DNA of 64,000 bases from Somniosus microcephalus (lineage: Eukaryota): positions 27,032,001 through 27,096,000 of the forward strand of contig CM126230.1 of assembly GCA_052327205.1 (NCBI GenBank), read 5' to 3'. This document shows, piece after piece, positions 24,555-38,988 of this stretch; the stretch's first letter is position 1, and each line of letters opens with the position of its first letter. The position numbers and the translations under genes are program-made. The notes under the pieces were generated by a model that saw only the letters and a program-made list of their open reading frames with translations, was not told the origin of the DNA and ran no database searches.

Positions 24555-27500
24555 ACCGTTAAGTATAGAACAAATTTATTTAGAAGTTGTACACAAAAAC
24601 ATTCTGGAATTCTTACTAGACATCAGCAAATGCAACAAAAGGCATCATTATAAAGATGGATCACACAGCTGATGCACGGAACTCTGCAAAACATTGCTGT
24701 TTTACTTAGTTTCCTTTATTAATTTTATAATAGAACAATGCAAATGTAAACATTAAATACCTCTGATTTGAACTTATTAAATAACATTAATACTGAACAG
24801 CACTGAAATCCAAAAGTTAACAGTTCTTTTTATTTTAGTGTTTCATTTTATAGATAGATATATCTATATATATATATAGTTTATAAAATGGTACATAATT
24901 GGTGAAAAAAAAAATGTACTGATGTCTTTGTTTCTTTCTAATTTAGTTGTTGGTTTGCATCAAAACATTTCCAAATTGTACAGTCATACACACAAACATC
25001 TAGATAAACTGAACAAAATTTTGCAATTTTTGACATTGAATGTTTTTTTAAACTTATAGTCTTATACAATATAAGGCTATTTTAGAGCCCAGCAAGGCGG
25101 CCGGCCCCCCTTCCCATTCCGCCTCAAATAACTGGCCATATCCTTGTAGCACAAGGTCATCGGATTCGCTCAGAACAGCTGGGATATATGCAGCTGCTGC
25201 TTTACAAAAATATAAATGGCTTTTATTCTCATTTACTGGCTTGCTTTATTTGCTTCAAAACCGCTTACAGGTTTGTTTATCCCTTCTTTCTAAGGTCGCC
25301 TCGACAACGGTTAAATTAAGGAAATTAGTTTTCAGACAATGGGTACAACAACAGCAGATATGCAAGATTACGTTTCAAGACGATGACACATTCAGGGGTA
25401 TGGAGGGAATGGGGGGGGGGGGGGCGGGGGCAAGAAGAGGTACTGAAAGTGGTCTAAAGCACAAGCAGCGACCCAAACCCAAGTATTAAAGCTTGGCACA
25501 CAATGTTAGTCATTTTAGAATAAAGAACATCATTTCCAAGCTTTCCCATTTTGAGTTTTATAGTCACCAAGGACTTTTGCTTTCCTTGGCAATTACTATC
25601 GCTAGGCTTTGCACTGCAGGACAAGAATAATTTGTAGATCTGAAATCAAGATACCAATCATCAAGGATCACATTGGTGTCAGCTGGCAGGAAGTCAATAA
25701 ACCAAACTATTTCCCAATAAAATCTGTCTCATAAGGAAACTAGTTTGCTCTGGTCTTTTCTAGCTGCACAGATACTAGAGAAAGAAAGCTCTCACAGTAC
25801 TACAGGCCCCCACCATTATGCTCCTTAAGGTACACTGTTTTATTAGGCAGCCCTATCTTTGGAAATGGCTGGTGTATTGCTACAGATTCAAATACTTCCC
25901 CCGCCTCCCCCCACCCTCATGAGAGGAAGACCATGAGAAATCAGCCAGAATTACCTCACGCTATAAGCACCCTCCAACACCCAGCCCAAGAACATCATTG
26001 GGAAAGGCTTAGGAACAGGTTAGCAGCTCACCATCTTGACAATGGAGAATGGCACATGATGCAAGGGAGGAGGGACAAAACTGATGCGCGTTACAGCACT
26101 GTAACAATATCCGGGTCCCAGCAAACCTCTGAATAGCACACACATTTCAGAGAACATCCAAGGATATGGCACAATACATTACAACAGATTCAAACGGTCA
26201 TATAATTCTCAGGAAACGGGTGGTACCATTAGAACATATCACTGTCCCTCAGTCATAGTGATTTTCTGGAGTAAAACGGCTGAAAGAAGCAGATATCCTG
26301 TGTAAAAGTCTCTGCTGTGTGTGTCAAAGTTTGGCTCTTGTGGCATTAAGGAGTGGACTGTGAGCAGCAGTCCTCATTCACAATATCCCTGGTGTGCAAC
26401 TTTAGTGCATCACATGTGAAAACTGGGAGGGGGGCGAAGAGTTCTACACAAAAAAAATCTGCCGCTAATCAACAGTTCTAAAGCAGCATAAATCAGGATG
26501 GAGTGAGAAAAAAGCCTATCGCTGGTACCTCTCTTTGCAAACTTGTAGAATTATTGGGCTATTAAGTGGACCACATGTCCTGATCAAACTCTCTCAATGC
26601 AATCGCTGCAATAGCTTTTCAGGCAAATGTAAGTTTTTAATGCTTTTAATATTTATAGCATAAAGGGAGTTAAAACAATTAACTTTCATCCATTGCATAT
26701 TCACCATCCAGTGACGTTGGGAACCTTTGAAAAGTTGGCAGGGTTTCACTCATGCACTCTACAAACTGGGACTGGTCGCTTTAGTTCTTTCAGAATCTAA
26801 CCTAATTTATTGCCATTTCACAAAGGGATAGTTACTTAATTATTGCATCAGCCAGCTTGACTCTACAAGGAAATGACAATAAATGACCTTTGAAAAAAAG
26901 TAGTTAAGAGTAATTAATCAGGTAAAGGAACAGAGTGGCGGAACAAGCAGGAGAGAACAAAGCTGTTAGGCAGTTTTTCCAAAAGTGCCCATTATCGCAC
27001 TGGTTACTGTCTGTAACTCTGCTTTGAGAATGAATCAGAAACCAAACTGCAGGACAGTATGGTGTTAGACATGCAATGTCATTCAAGCAGAGCTACAGAA
27101 AAAACCTCAATATTTTGCAACAAATGGGAAGAAAAGGTTTTAACCCTTGTAATGTCACAGAGACCTTCATTTATGAATTAAAATAGGAAACTGATGTAAT
27201 GGACACAGGAAGACCAAGGCAAATAACATTCAATATCAAAAACAGTGTTCATGGATGACTACAGATAATTTGTTAGGAGAGTCATGTGATAACACAACCA
27301 GTTATTATGAATTTGCCTTATAAAATCCTTTACTGTCAAGAATTTTAAAGTTTTTTTTTAAGTTCTCAGTGCATGCAAAAAAAATTGTCATTGGTAAGTG
27401 TCATTTCATCCTTCTAAAGCTAAAATTCTGTCAGCGGGCACTCTGCTACAAAGATTTTTAACGCATACAATTTGGGGAATGAAAATTAAGGCTGTGCAGA

Positions 27501-29779
27501 ATTTGAATTTTGAATCATTGGACAGCTACCAATCAGCAGAAAGGGAATGTAAACATTTATTGAGCCAACCAGTGTGAGCACGGCACAGTCACCTCATTCA
27601 GATCCAGTCCTATATAGGTGGCTTCTATATACAGAAGACTTTTACAATCAATCACACATCCACTGAGATGCTTCGCTTCTCCGTTTAACACCTGGCTAAC
27701 TGACATATGCATCGGACAAAAGACAACCAAATTCGACTGTGCTGAGGTTGTTTCGTACAATGGCAACATTACTGTACAAAACACCTACGTTAAGCCAGGC
27801 AGTGGGACAATTCCCTTGACCATTTGGAGAACGAGTATTTTAATTGCAATACATTTTAAGCAGCAAACTAAAATTGGTAGGTGTAGCCCGAGCATCAACC
27901 AACATTAAATCCAGTCGTCATTACCCACGGCATCAAGACATGAACGGGAAAATTTCAAAAACTAATTGTGATATTTCAATTTTTGATTCCTGTGGGATCA
28001 ACAGAACACTTCAAAGAGCTGCCTGCCGATGCAGATCCAGCAGCAAAAATAGTTTGATTGGTCATTCGTTCTGTTGACACCATTTCTTTTCCAATAATAT
28101 GGTTATCAATATCAAAAGACATACAGGTGCGTCAAAAAAAATTTAAAGTTATAAAAGAACCCAATAATTATATCAAGCCTCAACATTTTCTTATGTTTTA
28201 ACCTGTACACTTCGAACGGGAAAACCTTCCCACATTTGCCCGTGCAGTCTTCTGACAAGTAAACTGAGAGGGTAATGATGTGCATTATAATATAGTGGAA
28301 CAATAAGTTATACCATCTAGTCAAATTAAATTGTAAAATATGTTGATAGTGGCTCATTAAAGAAAACTAAAAATGTTTGTTAATTTCTTTACACAACTGT
28401 TACAAATTGTTTATTCATTTTTATTTTAAGGACAGTAACGTATGCCTGGTATCTTACTGCAAAAGTACGAGTCCACTATAACTAACAAACCCAGACAAAA
28501 TAAACCAAAGCCTGCAAGTCAACATGTAAAAAGTGCTTATGACAGGCCACTAGAGGCTAACTACCATCACAACACCTCCTATATTACAGGAGGGATTCTA
28601 CCTACTAGAACTGGATTGTAAACTATCCAACAGTATCAATGCTAAATGCCATCTAAAAGTTGAGAACTACTGAATTATTTTAGAAACTGAGCCTAATTAT
28701 TTTTTGATAATTCAAATAGATATTAATTGCAAATTGCATATTCTAATAAACTCTACACACCTATGTAAACAGATTACAAGTGGCTCTTTGAGAGTTTGTC
28801 GATGAGTGCACTGTGAGGGCTCATTTCCAAGAGTTACATTACACTGTTAATACTGCATGTAAAGTTTTGAGGTCTGTAAAGGGATACGGTGAATCTGCAG
28901 CTAACAGTTGAACACCTCAAAATAAAAATGATTACGACCAATATCAGATATACCCCCGAAGGGACCAGTATTGGACAAAACATATTTTTATTGCTTCAAG
29001 AACTGATACTTTGTGTAATTTTTGGTTAAATACCTATGTGGTATTCAGGGGAAATGCAGATGATCAACGGACTGCAGTATAATGAGGATGCTTCCCATTG
29101 GCTTTTTAAAGGTTTTCCCAGATTTTTCACAAATCTTTGCAGCGTTTCCTTAAACAAGTGCGAAACCACATTTCCCTGAAATAAAACTTCATGAAAAACA
29201 CTGCAAAAACAGGGATTTTTTTAAAAATAAAAGCATCCTCAAAAACCTGCCACGAGGAAAAATTCTTTCAAAGATCTCAGATGTCAACCCTCTGAACAAC
29301 CCCAGCGTCTCGCTGACTTTAAAAAAATAAATTGTGATAACTTTTCTCTTCAGGATAACAAAACTTACTTTAAGTCTAGCAGCGTTACTTTTTGTGGGCT
29401 TGCTACTGCTTTTTCCATCACCACTACCAAGGCTGGCTGCCTGACGGCCCATCAGGTACGGTTACGCTGCTGGGCAAAACGCTCGTCTGTTTAAAACAAA
29501 ACCCGCGCGCTGTATAAGGCCACCAACTGGAGTAAGGATGCCCAAATTAAAACAGTTGACATATCTGGGGAAAAAAAAGACAGCATAGTTCCAACTTGGT
29601 GGACAAACCATAAACCAACCTAACCACCAATTATATATCAAAGTCTCCCTCCCCCTTCACATTTGCACCTGGCTTGAAGTAAGCCATTGTACTAATCTTG
29701 GGTATAAAGCCAGTTATTCTTCCATTAATAATTTTTTTATCCAACAAAAATAAAATAACTGTTTAGTGTGGATTACTAC
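24555..29779 (-). other. Putative long 3' UTR of SAMD8
   Basis: No recognisable interspersed repeat from the stop codon to ~24.3 kb; AU-rich distal end with minus-strand AATAAA at 24575-24580, 24715-24720 and 24828-24833. True end not determinable from sequence. Confidence 0.5.
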
Positions 29780-30084
29780 TTAGCCAATTAATCTTTTCAA
29801 TAACCTTGGTCTAGGAAGTGGCCAGCTATATTCATTTGGTACAGGGCCATTGACATTGCATTCAAAGAATGAAAACATTGGGAACCAAATCCGTGCTCTT
29901 CGGCTCTGCTGATATGCTCGAGTATTGGCTAGTGTGTGGTAATACAAAAAGAGTCTTGTGGTGATATAAAATGCGATGAAGACATCAATTGAGTAATGTT
30001 CATGTGCAGCAAGGATGAAGAAGATCCCAAACAGGTTCAGTACCCAAGACAAGGTGTGCAAGAAGTTCCAGCTTCTTGGCGTAT
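29780..30084 (-). CDS. SAMD8: SAMD8/SMSr coding exon 5 (305 nt, with stop)
   Basis: ttttttag|AT ACG; (Y)[13 protein letters not shown]...[10 protein letters not shown]...LKRLIG*. E343/H344/D348 fall at the same numbers as in human SMSr. Confidence 0.97.
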
Positions 30085-30267
30085 CTAAAAAAAAAAGGAA
30101 ACATTAAGAGTTGCATTTAATTTTCAATTTCAGCTCCAGCATCCTTAAAATTCAAACAAATATAGTGTCAAATGCAATACTGATCTTGAGAAATCATTTT
30201 GCAGCCCTTCATACACTAATAATCTGCTCCAATTTCGAAAAATCTCTGGATTAAACTTTACCTAAAA

Positions 30268-30710
30268 TCATAGAATCATACAGCGCAGAAGGATTTGGCC
30301 CATTGTGCCTGTGCCGGCTCTGAAAGAGATATCCAATTAGTCCCACATCCTGCTCTTTCCCAACAGCACTGCAAATTTTTGCTCTTCAAGTATTTATTCA
30401 ATTCCCTTTTGAAAGTAACTATTGAATCTGCTTCCGCCCCCCTTTCAGGCAGCGCATTCCAGATCATAAATCGCTGCGTAAAAATATTTCTCCTCATGGT
30501 GCCTCTGGGTCTTTTGCCAATTAGCTTAAACCTGTGTCCTCTGGTTACTGACCCTTCTGCCACTGGAAACAGTTTCTCCTTATTTACTCCATCAAAAACC
30601 TTCTTGATCACCTTTATTAAATCTGCCCTACATTTCTCTGCTCTAAAGAGAATAGCCCCACCTTCTCTAGTCTCTCCACATAACTGAAGTCCTGCATCCC
30701 TGATACCTAA
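30268..30710 (-). mobile_element. CR1 3' fragment
   Basis: EKLFPVAEGSVTRGHRFK...IFTQR..WNALP; (atgattct) tail. Confidence 0.85.
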
Positions 30711-30875
30711 TTAAATTCAGTATTAAAAGTCATCACTATCCCATCGGTTTTATACTGACACCACCTCAATGGAAGCCAGAAAAGAGGCATGTGCATAACC
30801 AAACATGTGTTGCTACAAAGTCAAGCCTCACAAATGTGTGCAACAAATTCTCCTGCTCTCTATCCTAAACCTCTT

Positions 30876-31508
30876 GGGGTAGAGTTTCCGCTTTGGGCGC
30901 AATCGGCGATTCCGGCGCAAATTACGCCCCTTCTGAAATGTCCCCCCCCCCCCCCCCCCGCCGGGTTTCCACTGAAGCTCATTTGCATATCACCGAACAC
31001 AAAGTGGTAACTTGGTAAAGTTTGATTAATACAGCTGAAAATGGGTCGATCACAAAAGATAAGCATTTTAAATTAATGTCAATCCACGACCTATGGGCAA
31101 CCCGATTTTAAATGACTGAAAATGACTAAACAAAATATACAAAACTATTTTCTAGTTAGATTGGGGTACACAGGTAAATTTTTTAAAAATTCATTCCAAA
31201 CCTACCTACTAGTGTCCTTGCACCCAAACGATCCAGCTTAATTTTTAGAGCCTCTTGGAAGTCCCGCAAACGAGCGCAATTAGCAGAAACTCCCAATGGT
31301 GATTAATTCATCCTTAGAGCGCGGGCTGTTTTGTGGGCGGGGCCTGCTTCTAGCGCGATGTTTTTCAAACTAGTGCAAAAGATCGCGGAAACTCGAGTTG
31401 CGCTGAACACAATTTGCGCTTAAAATTCCGCGATCTTTTGCGCCGGTTACGCTGATATCGGGGGAATTGCGCCGAAAAACCAACGCAATCAAGCGGGAAC
31501 TCCAGGCC
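30876..31508. mobile_element. Non-autonomous TIR element (Harbinger-like)
   Basis: Termini GGGGTAGAGTTTCCGCTT / AAGCGGGAACTCCAGGCC; CpG-rich ends; flanks CTT / CAT. Confidence 0.6.
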
Positions 31509-32564
31509 CATGTATTTAATTTTAGTTATCCATGTCCCCTTATTCAAATCCCCCTCAATCACTGTAAACGGGTTATTTCCATGTACTCTGTCCCATTCCT
31601 TCATAATTTTAAACACCTCTATCAAATCACCCCTTAATCTCTTCTAGTGTTCTAATGTCTCAACTGTTTTGTCGTACTGTGATTTAAAATTGCCCAATTT
31701 CATGCCTGCATACTGTTTTCAGATGCACTCATTATTAAATACATTCAAGTATTATTGCTACTGCACATTCAAGTAAACCTACTCAGTTATTGGGTCTACA
31801 ACACACAAGCTCCCGATGATCATCTCTCAGCTATCCAGCTGTTTGCTACAGTGATGGTTTCAAATTACAAGCTGTTACTCAAAGCAATTTACAAATAGAT
31901 ACAAATACACAAAAATGAGGCTTGTGACAAAAATAGCAAATCTGATTTGCCAGATAATCTAAAGACTAGAAGTTCAAGGATGAATGAGTTGCAGGGGCTG
32001 TGTGGGCTTTTTGATCAGACATTCTACTTCTTGCATACTACATTATTTCAGATGTACATAAAATCAAAGTTTTTAAAAATCCAGTGTATTAAACCATTAA
32101 AACAGGGTCTTATTAGCTGAAGGTTATTCAGTCTGTGAGAACAGATTTGCAAAACTGTAAATGGGACAGGATATAATTTCACAGTAGAAATATCACTGCT
32201 CCAATTATTCACCAGAGTCTTTGATAGACAAAATGTGGTGCGAGATGTTGTCTTATTGCAAAACCTGCCAACACAATCTCAAAGGTTTGCAGTTTTCACA
32301 GAAAAATGGATCTACCAATAGATGGGATTGTTGAACATGGCCCTTCAAAACTCTGGTAATAATCCTGAAAATCCCATATTCTCAATAAAAGCAGAATGCG
32401 ACTTATTCCACCACCATAAACAGTGGCTCTGACATTCTCTTTCTGTGCGACATGAATCAACCTCTCAGCCCAAGAAAGATTACATTCAATTTATGCTGGT
32501 TGCATTTTATTTTTCCGTGGTAACCAACATATGCAAGAGCCAAATTTGGGAAAATAAAGAACTT

Positions 32565-32830
32565 ACATTTGAACAACATCTCAAGATATCTCGCAGGACA
32601 TTCTGAAGCGCTTCACATAAAATGACGCGCTGTTCCTCTGTAGGCAAATACAGCAGCCATTTTGCGTACAGCAAGATCCCACAACAGTAATCAGTTACTC
32701 TATCTTTAGTAGTGTTGGCTGAGGCAGAATTTTGGCCAGCACACCAGGAGAGCTCCTTGCTCTTCTAACAGTGGCGTGGGATCTTTTAATGTGAACAGAA
32801 TGTTGGTTTAATTCATCATCTGAAAGGCTA
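32565..32830 (-). mobile_element. Deu-domain SINE remnant
   Basis: cagcaagatcccaca...ttggccagcacaccaggagagctccttgctcttc...gtgggatctttta; similar to 60020-60265. Confidence 0.6.
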
Positions 32831-34434
32831 ACTTGAATGTACAAGCATCACTAGGCAATATACATGGGCCGTTACACTTACTCTGACTAGGAAATTGCTA
32901 TTCTGGTTCATGGTCACTGAGCACTCTTTTTATGTGAATATTTTTTGATTACAAATTTGTTAAGCGTGGATCTACCTCAAGTGGAATCCACTTAATCCAA
33001 CTTGTTCCTTAATGAGCAACTGAGATAAAGGGGGTTTAGCAACGAGGTGAAAGCTTGATCGCTATCCAGCATCTAATGCGTGGCTCAGGCCAAGGCTGGC
33101 CAGATGCTAATTAGTGTTCAGGATGTGGATTGGCTGCCCGGGATGCCTGCAAGAACTGGCACAGAGTTGCAGAGTTTCTCATGGCGGGCACGGTCCACAG
33201 CAATGACTGTGGGAGAGGGTGACGGACAAACAGGGAAATATATTCTGCGGCCTGCGTTGAGGTCTTCTTGTTCCTTCAGTGCAGTGATCACATTAAAGCT
33301 GTGTGTGGAAGTTCTGGGTTATGGGCAGTGTTAGGAGAGTTAGTGAAGTGCCTTTATGTTGTTCCCATCAAACAAACTCAAAAATTAACCGTAAGATCTT
33401 CTTTCCTGTCCATTCTTAAAACATTTTTAATAAGAGTCTGCATTAGGGAAATGTTTTATATCATTATAGCAAGTCAAACGGACAAATTAACAAGTTTTAG
33501 TTAATATTGAAACAACCGCCTCGACTGCTGTTTTCCCATTTGCCTTTGTATCTACTTTTAGTGTAAAGTTCAAGTAATTGGCAAATGCGCAAGTGCAATA
33601 ACTGTCCTGAAATTTAAACTGTTAGCTTCCAAGCTCAGTGCGAGGAGAAGGGAAGATCACACAAGGGCAACCGGGGTCCATAAAAATCACATAGCAGGGC
33701 CAGGGCGGTAGGAGGCCTGGAGCAAGTGGCAACAAGCCTGAGGGTGGCTGGGGACCCACGATGGAGCAGGCCATAAACAGGCCTGGGAGATCAGGAGGCG
33801 GCCAGGGAGCAATGTGGTGGATCAGGCAGCAGGCCCAGTTAGAAGTGGGTGAGCCCCACAATAGCAAGCATGGGCAAACAGCAAGCGGGAAGGATCCAAA
33901 TAAAAGTTAAATGGCGAATAAATTTAAAACTCGCATGCAGGACCATCTAAAGGAACACCTAGGAGATGGAATTTTGAGGAGCAGCAAGGTCACCAAGCAT
34001 TTTGAGTATTGAAAGGCAAATATAAATACATTATGCATACCTTAGTCACAACTTAAAACAATTCCCAAGTGTGACAGAAATAGTGTGATACAACCTTTCT
34101 GTAAGCACAGGAAGTGGTCTCACACACACACACTGGGCGAGGTACAAGGATTGGTGATATTCCGCCAACCCCCCCCCCCCCCCCCCACAATTGGTAAATA
34201 TGCTGAAACTCTCAAACTAGGCTCAGACCTGAAAAATGTGCACTTGGGTGAGGTACCAAGGGCACCAGTACTCATAGAACCACTCAGCAGTCAATGCCCA
34301 AAGGGGAGTAGGGGAGAAATGTGGCAGAAATGTAAGGGGGGGGGGGGGGGTGGAAAGAAGAGAATGCAATTTGGAGTTATAAATGGGTAACTGTATTGAT
34401 GAACCTGCAGAACCAAATAAAACACACTAGAGGC

Positions 34435-34612
34435 GCAAAAACAGAAAATGCTGGGAACACTTTTCGGGTGTGGACCCTTCAGAACATTTTGATAAAGGTC
34501 CGCATCTGCAACATGAACTCCTCTGTTCTCTCCGCAGAAGCTGCCTGACCTGTTGAGTGCTTCCAGCATTTTCGGTTTGGTTTCAGATTACCAGCGCCTG
34601 CAGTTGTTTCGA
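34435..34612. mobile_element. Penelope-like inverted terminal fragments
   Basis: aaaacagaaaatgctgg facing ccagcattttcggttt; gctgcctgacctgttgag core. Confidence 0.6.
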
Positions 34613-36348
34613 TTTTTCTTTACACTAGAGGGCACTCTTGTTTCAGAGCTCCCACAGAACAATGATTAAAAACCCCACCGATCCATGCTACGCAGACACT
34701 ATAATGAGCAGTACACAAAATAATTAAATTTTACACTGCTAGATTTACAGAGCCAAAGCAAAAATGTTTCACTAATTCAATTCACATTATTTTGCCTGAT
34801 GATGTCAAGTTACTTTTTATATGAAATAGAGATGCCGATTCAGGAATAAATGCTTGTTAGTTACTGTGCACATGCATTTATACTGCAACTTTTGCAATGT
34901 TGCACTTTCTGCTATACTGCAACACTAAAATTGCACTGTAACTCCAGAATCAGATCCTGAGCTGACGCCAGAGAGAAGGGACGGGATACTACCTTCTCCA
35001 GGCTCATACTGCTTGGGATTGTAACCACACAAAATACAATTTCAGTGCAGTGTCACACTTGGGTTTTATAAAGTGCTCCGGGATTCTGTTGTAGCAACTG
35101 GACACTTTCTAAACCCATCTGGTGTTAATTTAAATGCTTAGAGAGTGCAAACATAGCCACCCACACTCTATAAACATTTAAATTTGAAACCGCTGGAAGT
35201 CAGCTCTGCACATATGCAAGCACACACAGACAAAAGCTCTGCCCTGAGCAGGAGACCTGCAGCTCCAGCCAGCCAGTTAAAAACATTGTACTGCATGGCT
35301 GGAACCAATACTATCGCTACCGGTCCCAAACTGGTAGCTGCAGTCTAAGTGCGCCATTATTCAGCATTGGAGAGTTTTGAATCTCCTGCCTAAAACCTGC
35401 AGAATTTATCACAGAGTGGAAATTTTGAGTTAGAAGATTGTCTTGGTTGGTAGCGCAAAACAGGCAATACAGCGTCGTCCACCATTACACGCCCTGCCCG
35501 ACATTCCACTCCACTGACTTCACTATTGGGCGCGGCGTATAACAGGCAGCTGATGGGACACCGTCTTACTTTGTGGGCCTGCCCAAGCTGAATTTCTACC
35601 TCTTCAAGCTTTCCTCAGAAAATAAACTCAATTATATGACAACTAAGTAGAATTACATAGAATTTACAGCACAGAAAACAGGTAATTCCAGCACAACTGG
35701 TCTGTGCCAGTGTTTATGCTCCACACGAGCCTCCTCCCACTCTACTTCATCTCACCCCGTCAGCACATGCTTCTATTCCTTTCTCCCTAATTTGGAACTT
35801 TAGTCTACAGAACTAGCTTGTGAAGAGTTAATTATGGGAAGTGAATTTAATTTGATAAGCATTTATATACACACACCAGTATTTATTCAGGGAATACAGT
35901 GCACTGAAAGACATTGTTCCCCTCATAAAACAAAAAACACGGTTATTTTGAAAGTTGTGGAAAAAATGTTTTCAAAAAAACTTCGTAGTTAGAGGCACAT
36001 GACTGTAGTGCAATGAGCTGTCGGTAGGTGTTGTGTGTCATTAGAAAGAGTGTATATAATTCAACAATTGCACCAGGCCTTCTTTAAACATGAGACTTAT
36101 GAAGTAGCATTTAATGTTTACTCATTCACAAGTAAATCCATTACATGGACCTTCTTATTTAAAAAAAAATGAAATCCTTCACATGCTTGTTTCCAAGATC
36201 TTAGTCACCAGTAAGTTAAGGGCTTACACAATAGCTTGAGTCATTGCACTAACATCACCGCTGATAGCAAATCATTGCCCTTTTCTTAATAAATGTCTTC
36301 GCCCTATTATGGTAAACTCATGACGGTTACGAATATTTTTATACTTAC

Positions 36349-36499
36349 ATTCTGTGACAAAGAAGTTAAGCATAGTAATGACAACTGTGTGGCCACTGAA
36401 CATGTAGTCTCCACAAGTATGCACGCCCGTTAACGTCATTCCAAAGCCACTCCAAATTGCAATTGCCCGTTGAAACTTGGCCCACATGTCTCCATACAG
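36349..36499 (-). CDS. SAMD8: SAMD8 coding exon 4 (151 nt)
   Basis: cttttcag|CTG..GAA T|gtaagt; LYGDMWAKFQRAIAIWSGFGMTLTGVHTCGDYMFSGHTVVITMLNFFVTE (SMS motif CGDxxFSGHT). Confidence 0.97.
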
Positions 36500-37593
36500 C
36501 TGAAAAGAAAACATACATTGTTGAACAAAGGCCACTGGGTAGTGCATACTATCAATTTTAATGCAGAAATATTCACCTAGACAAAAAGAAATAAAGATTT
36601 GTATATGTACATAAGGGCATGAGATTAGTCTGCAATATTTATGTTTAAATAAACCTTCATCTTACAATGAAAATCACCTTTCAGAATCCCAAATTAAACA
36701 CGTTAAGTGCATACTATAACATGCAGCCTGGCCCTCACCCAACCTCATGTGAGGAAATAAAGACAACAGGCACTACATTCTGGCTGTAAATTAAAAAGCC
36801 GAGAGCAAAAACTAAGTGCAAAGCACAACATATCCCAAACGTTTTCTAATGAAGGGGAGGGTGGGAGTGCAGGAGATAATCAGGGTGCAGGCCAGGTTCT
36901 TAGAAGTTGGAGGGGACAAACTATCAAAATATGTTTCTATTGGCTTTCAAGGCCCTGGGAAAATTTGGCCTTTGCAGTCACCCCCTGAACATCTCTTCCT
37001 AGCATGTGCACGCCCAAAACAGCTTTTCCTCTTCTATTCCTCTTACTTTGCTCCTTTCTTATTATACATCATACTGTCGTTATTCTACGCCTCTTTTACT
37101 GGAGCTTTGTTGAGTCTTGCCAGACTTAACACAAAAAAGATTGACCTTAAATGTCTAATTTTTAATGAGCTCCACTGCTTTTCTTGAGATGTCTGGTGGT
37201 TAATTTACAACCTCTTCAAAATTGCATGAGTTTAGACGATGATTACATCACTATGATATGCATGGTGGGTATCTAGACTAGAGTGTGACCCTGCGCAATT
37301 ACTTTAAATATTCACCAAGTGAATTGCCACAGTGCCCCTTTCATTGATATAACTGCCTGCTTTGTATGTTTGACATTTTCAAATGCACAAACCTCATCCT
37401 TCATATTCAGCTTGGCAAACACAGTGTAGAAATTTGAAGAGCTCACTTTTCATTTATAACCTTATCATACCAAAGTAAAACTAGTACAACAATTTTAAAA
37501 GCCACACATTTGATTCAATTACTTTGTTTTTTACATTACTACCATGAGCCACCTTACTGTACAACTGGTCAGCATGGTTTGCACAAAACTTAC

Positions 37594-37711
37594 TTTTCCA
37601 GAACACTGCAGATGATGGCCAGGCACAGAGAGTGAGGTAACAAACATAGTAACACAGCGCAATAGGAACACTGTTCCCATCAGGCTACACATGCGACGGA
37701 CAAGGATTGAC
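37594..37711 (-). CDS. SAMD8: SAMD8 coding exon 3 (118 nt)
   Basis: tgtag|G TCA..GGA AAA|gtaagt; [39 protein letters not shown]. Confidence 0.97.
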
Positions 37712-38319
37712 CTACAGTCATGGGGGAAAAAAACAGCCAAAAATACAGTTAATAAGCAGTGCAATTCATTCCACAACTCTTAACTTTTACGATATTTCTT
37801 TTTACCATTACATTCAAAACACACTTATATTTCTCAATTCTCTGAAGACTGAAATTGCAAGTTTCCTGATTTAGTAACAGAGCACTGAATAATATTGATT
37901 TTCTGCCCATTGTACTTGTCAAATTTCACTGTTAGTGTTGATCACAGCCATACCTTAAGTACTAAAACTGGAAAGGGTCCTGCAGAAAAAAACCATTTGA
38001 AGAGTACATTTTGGGTTAGTTGTGTACACACTTCTTTATAAAGTTGTGTGATTATATGACAACTGCCAACATTTTTCAAATGACTCGTCATAATTAAAGA
38101 GACCACAAAAAGGTTCTCTTTTTCTCCCTCCTGCAGTGTCTTATTCACCATTCCTCAATAAATTAGCATGCAACCTACTCCCAAGACTTTGCCTAGTCTA
38201 TGAGGAGAGGGTGTCACCCAGGTGAAAATTCTCATTCTAATCTACCTTCCATTTGGCACTGCAGCACAGGCAAGATAATGAGCTCACTCCGACTACAGAT
38301 GTGAACCCGTATCACAGTA

Positions 38320-38627
38320 CAGGAAACTTTCGATTAACCGGCCCCTAAATAACCGGAAATGTTGGTTAACCGGCAAAATTCAGGAGTCGGTTCAGTAACT
38401 TTTATTACTTGCACAGCCACAAATGGAAGGCGGCAAGGGTTTGGCTGCAGCTGTTGCTAAGCTACAGAGACGCTTGCAACTTGTGGACGTTGTTCTGAAG
38501 CTGGGTTTGTTGCTTTACACGGAGCTCTAAGGTCTGTATCTTTTACTATAGCGTTCGGTTGTCCGGAATTGTTGATGAACCGGCACCACGTCGGTCCCGT
38601 CCGTGCCGGATACCAGAAAGTTTCCTG
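38320..38627. mobile_element. MITE copy 5
   Basis: TA|CAGGAAACTTTC ... GAAAGTTTCCTG|TA. Confidence 0.9.
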
Positions 38628-38988
38628 TATGTAAGAGCACTAACAAGTGTTCCTACATCACACTTGTGTACAGTATGGCTGGGGGAGGGGGGGGGGGGGG
38701 GAGGGGAAGAGAAAAACACCCTATTTAAAAAACATCTATTGCATTTACAATCCATCCATCTTACAATTTTTTCTCTGAACTAGAAAATCTAAACAGTTTT
38801 TTTTTTAAATTTTGAAACAATTATATTTTTGCTGTTATGTCAATTTCTTCAGGGGGGAAAGCGAGATAGGTCAGTTATTTCACTTTCAATGCCAGCTCAG
38901 AACATATTCAGAGCAAAAAGCTCCCCTCCTCTGCTCCAATAACTTTCTCAAAACCAACTGAAAAGCATTCCTACCACATTGGTGTAAT

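Noticed and set aside
25055-25080. Hairpin atagtcttata-caa-tataaggctat in the putative UTR
   Set aside because: Short, AT-rich and mismatched on the mRNA strand; expected by chance.
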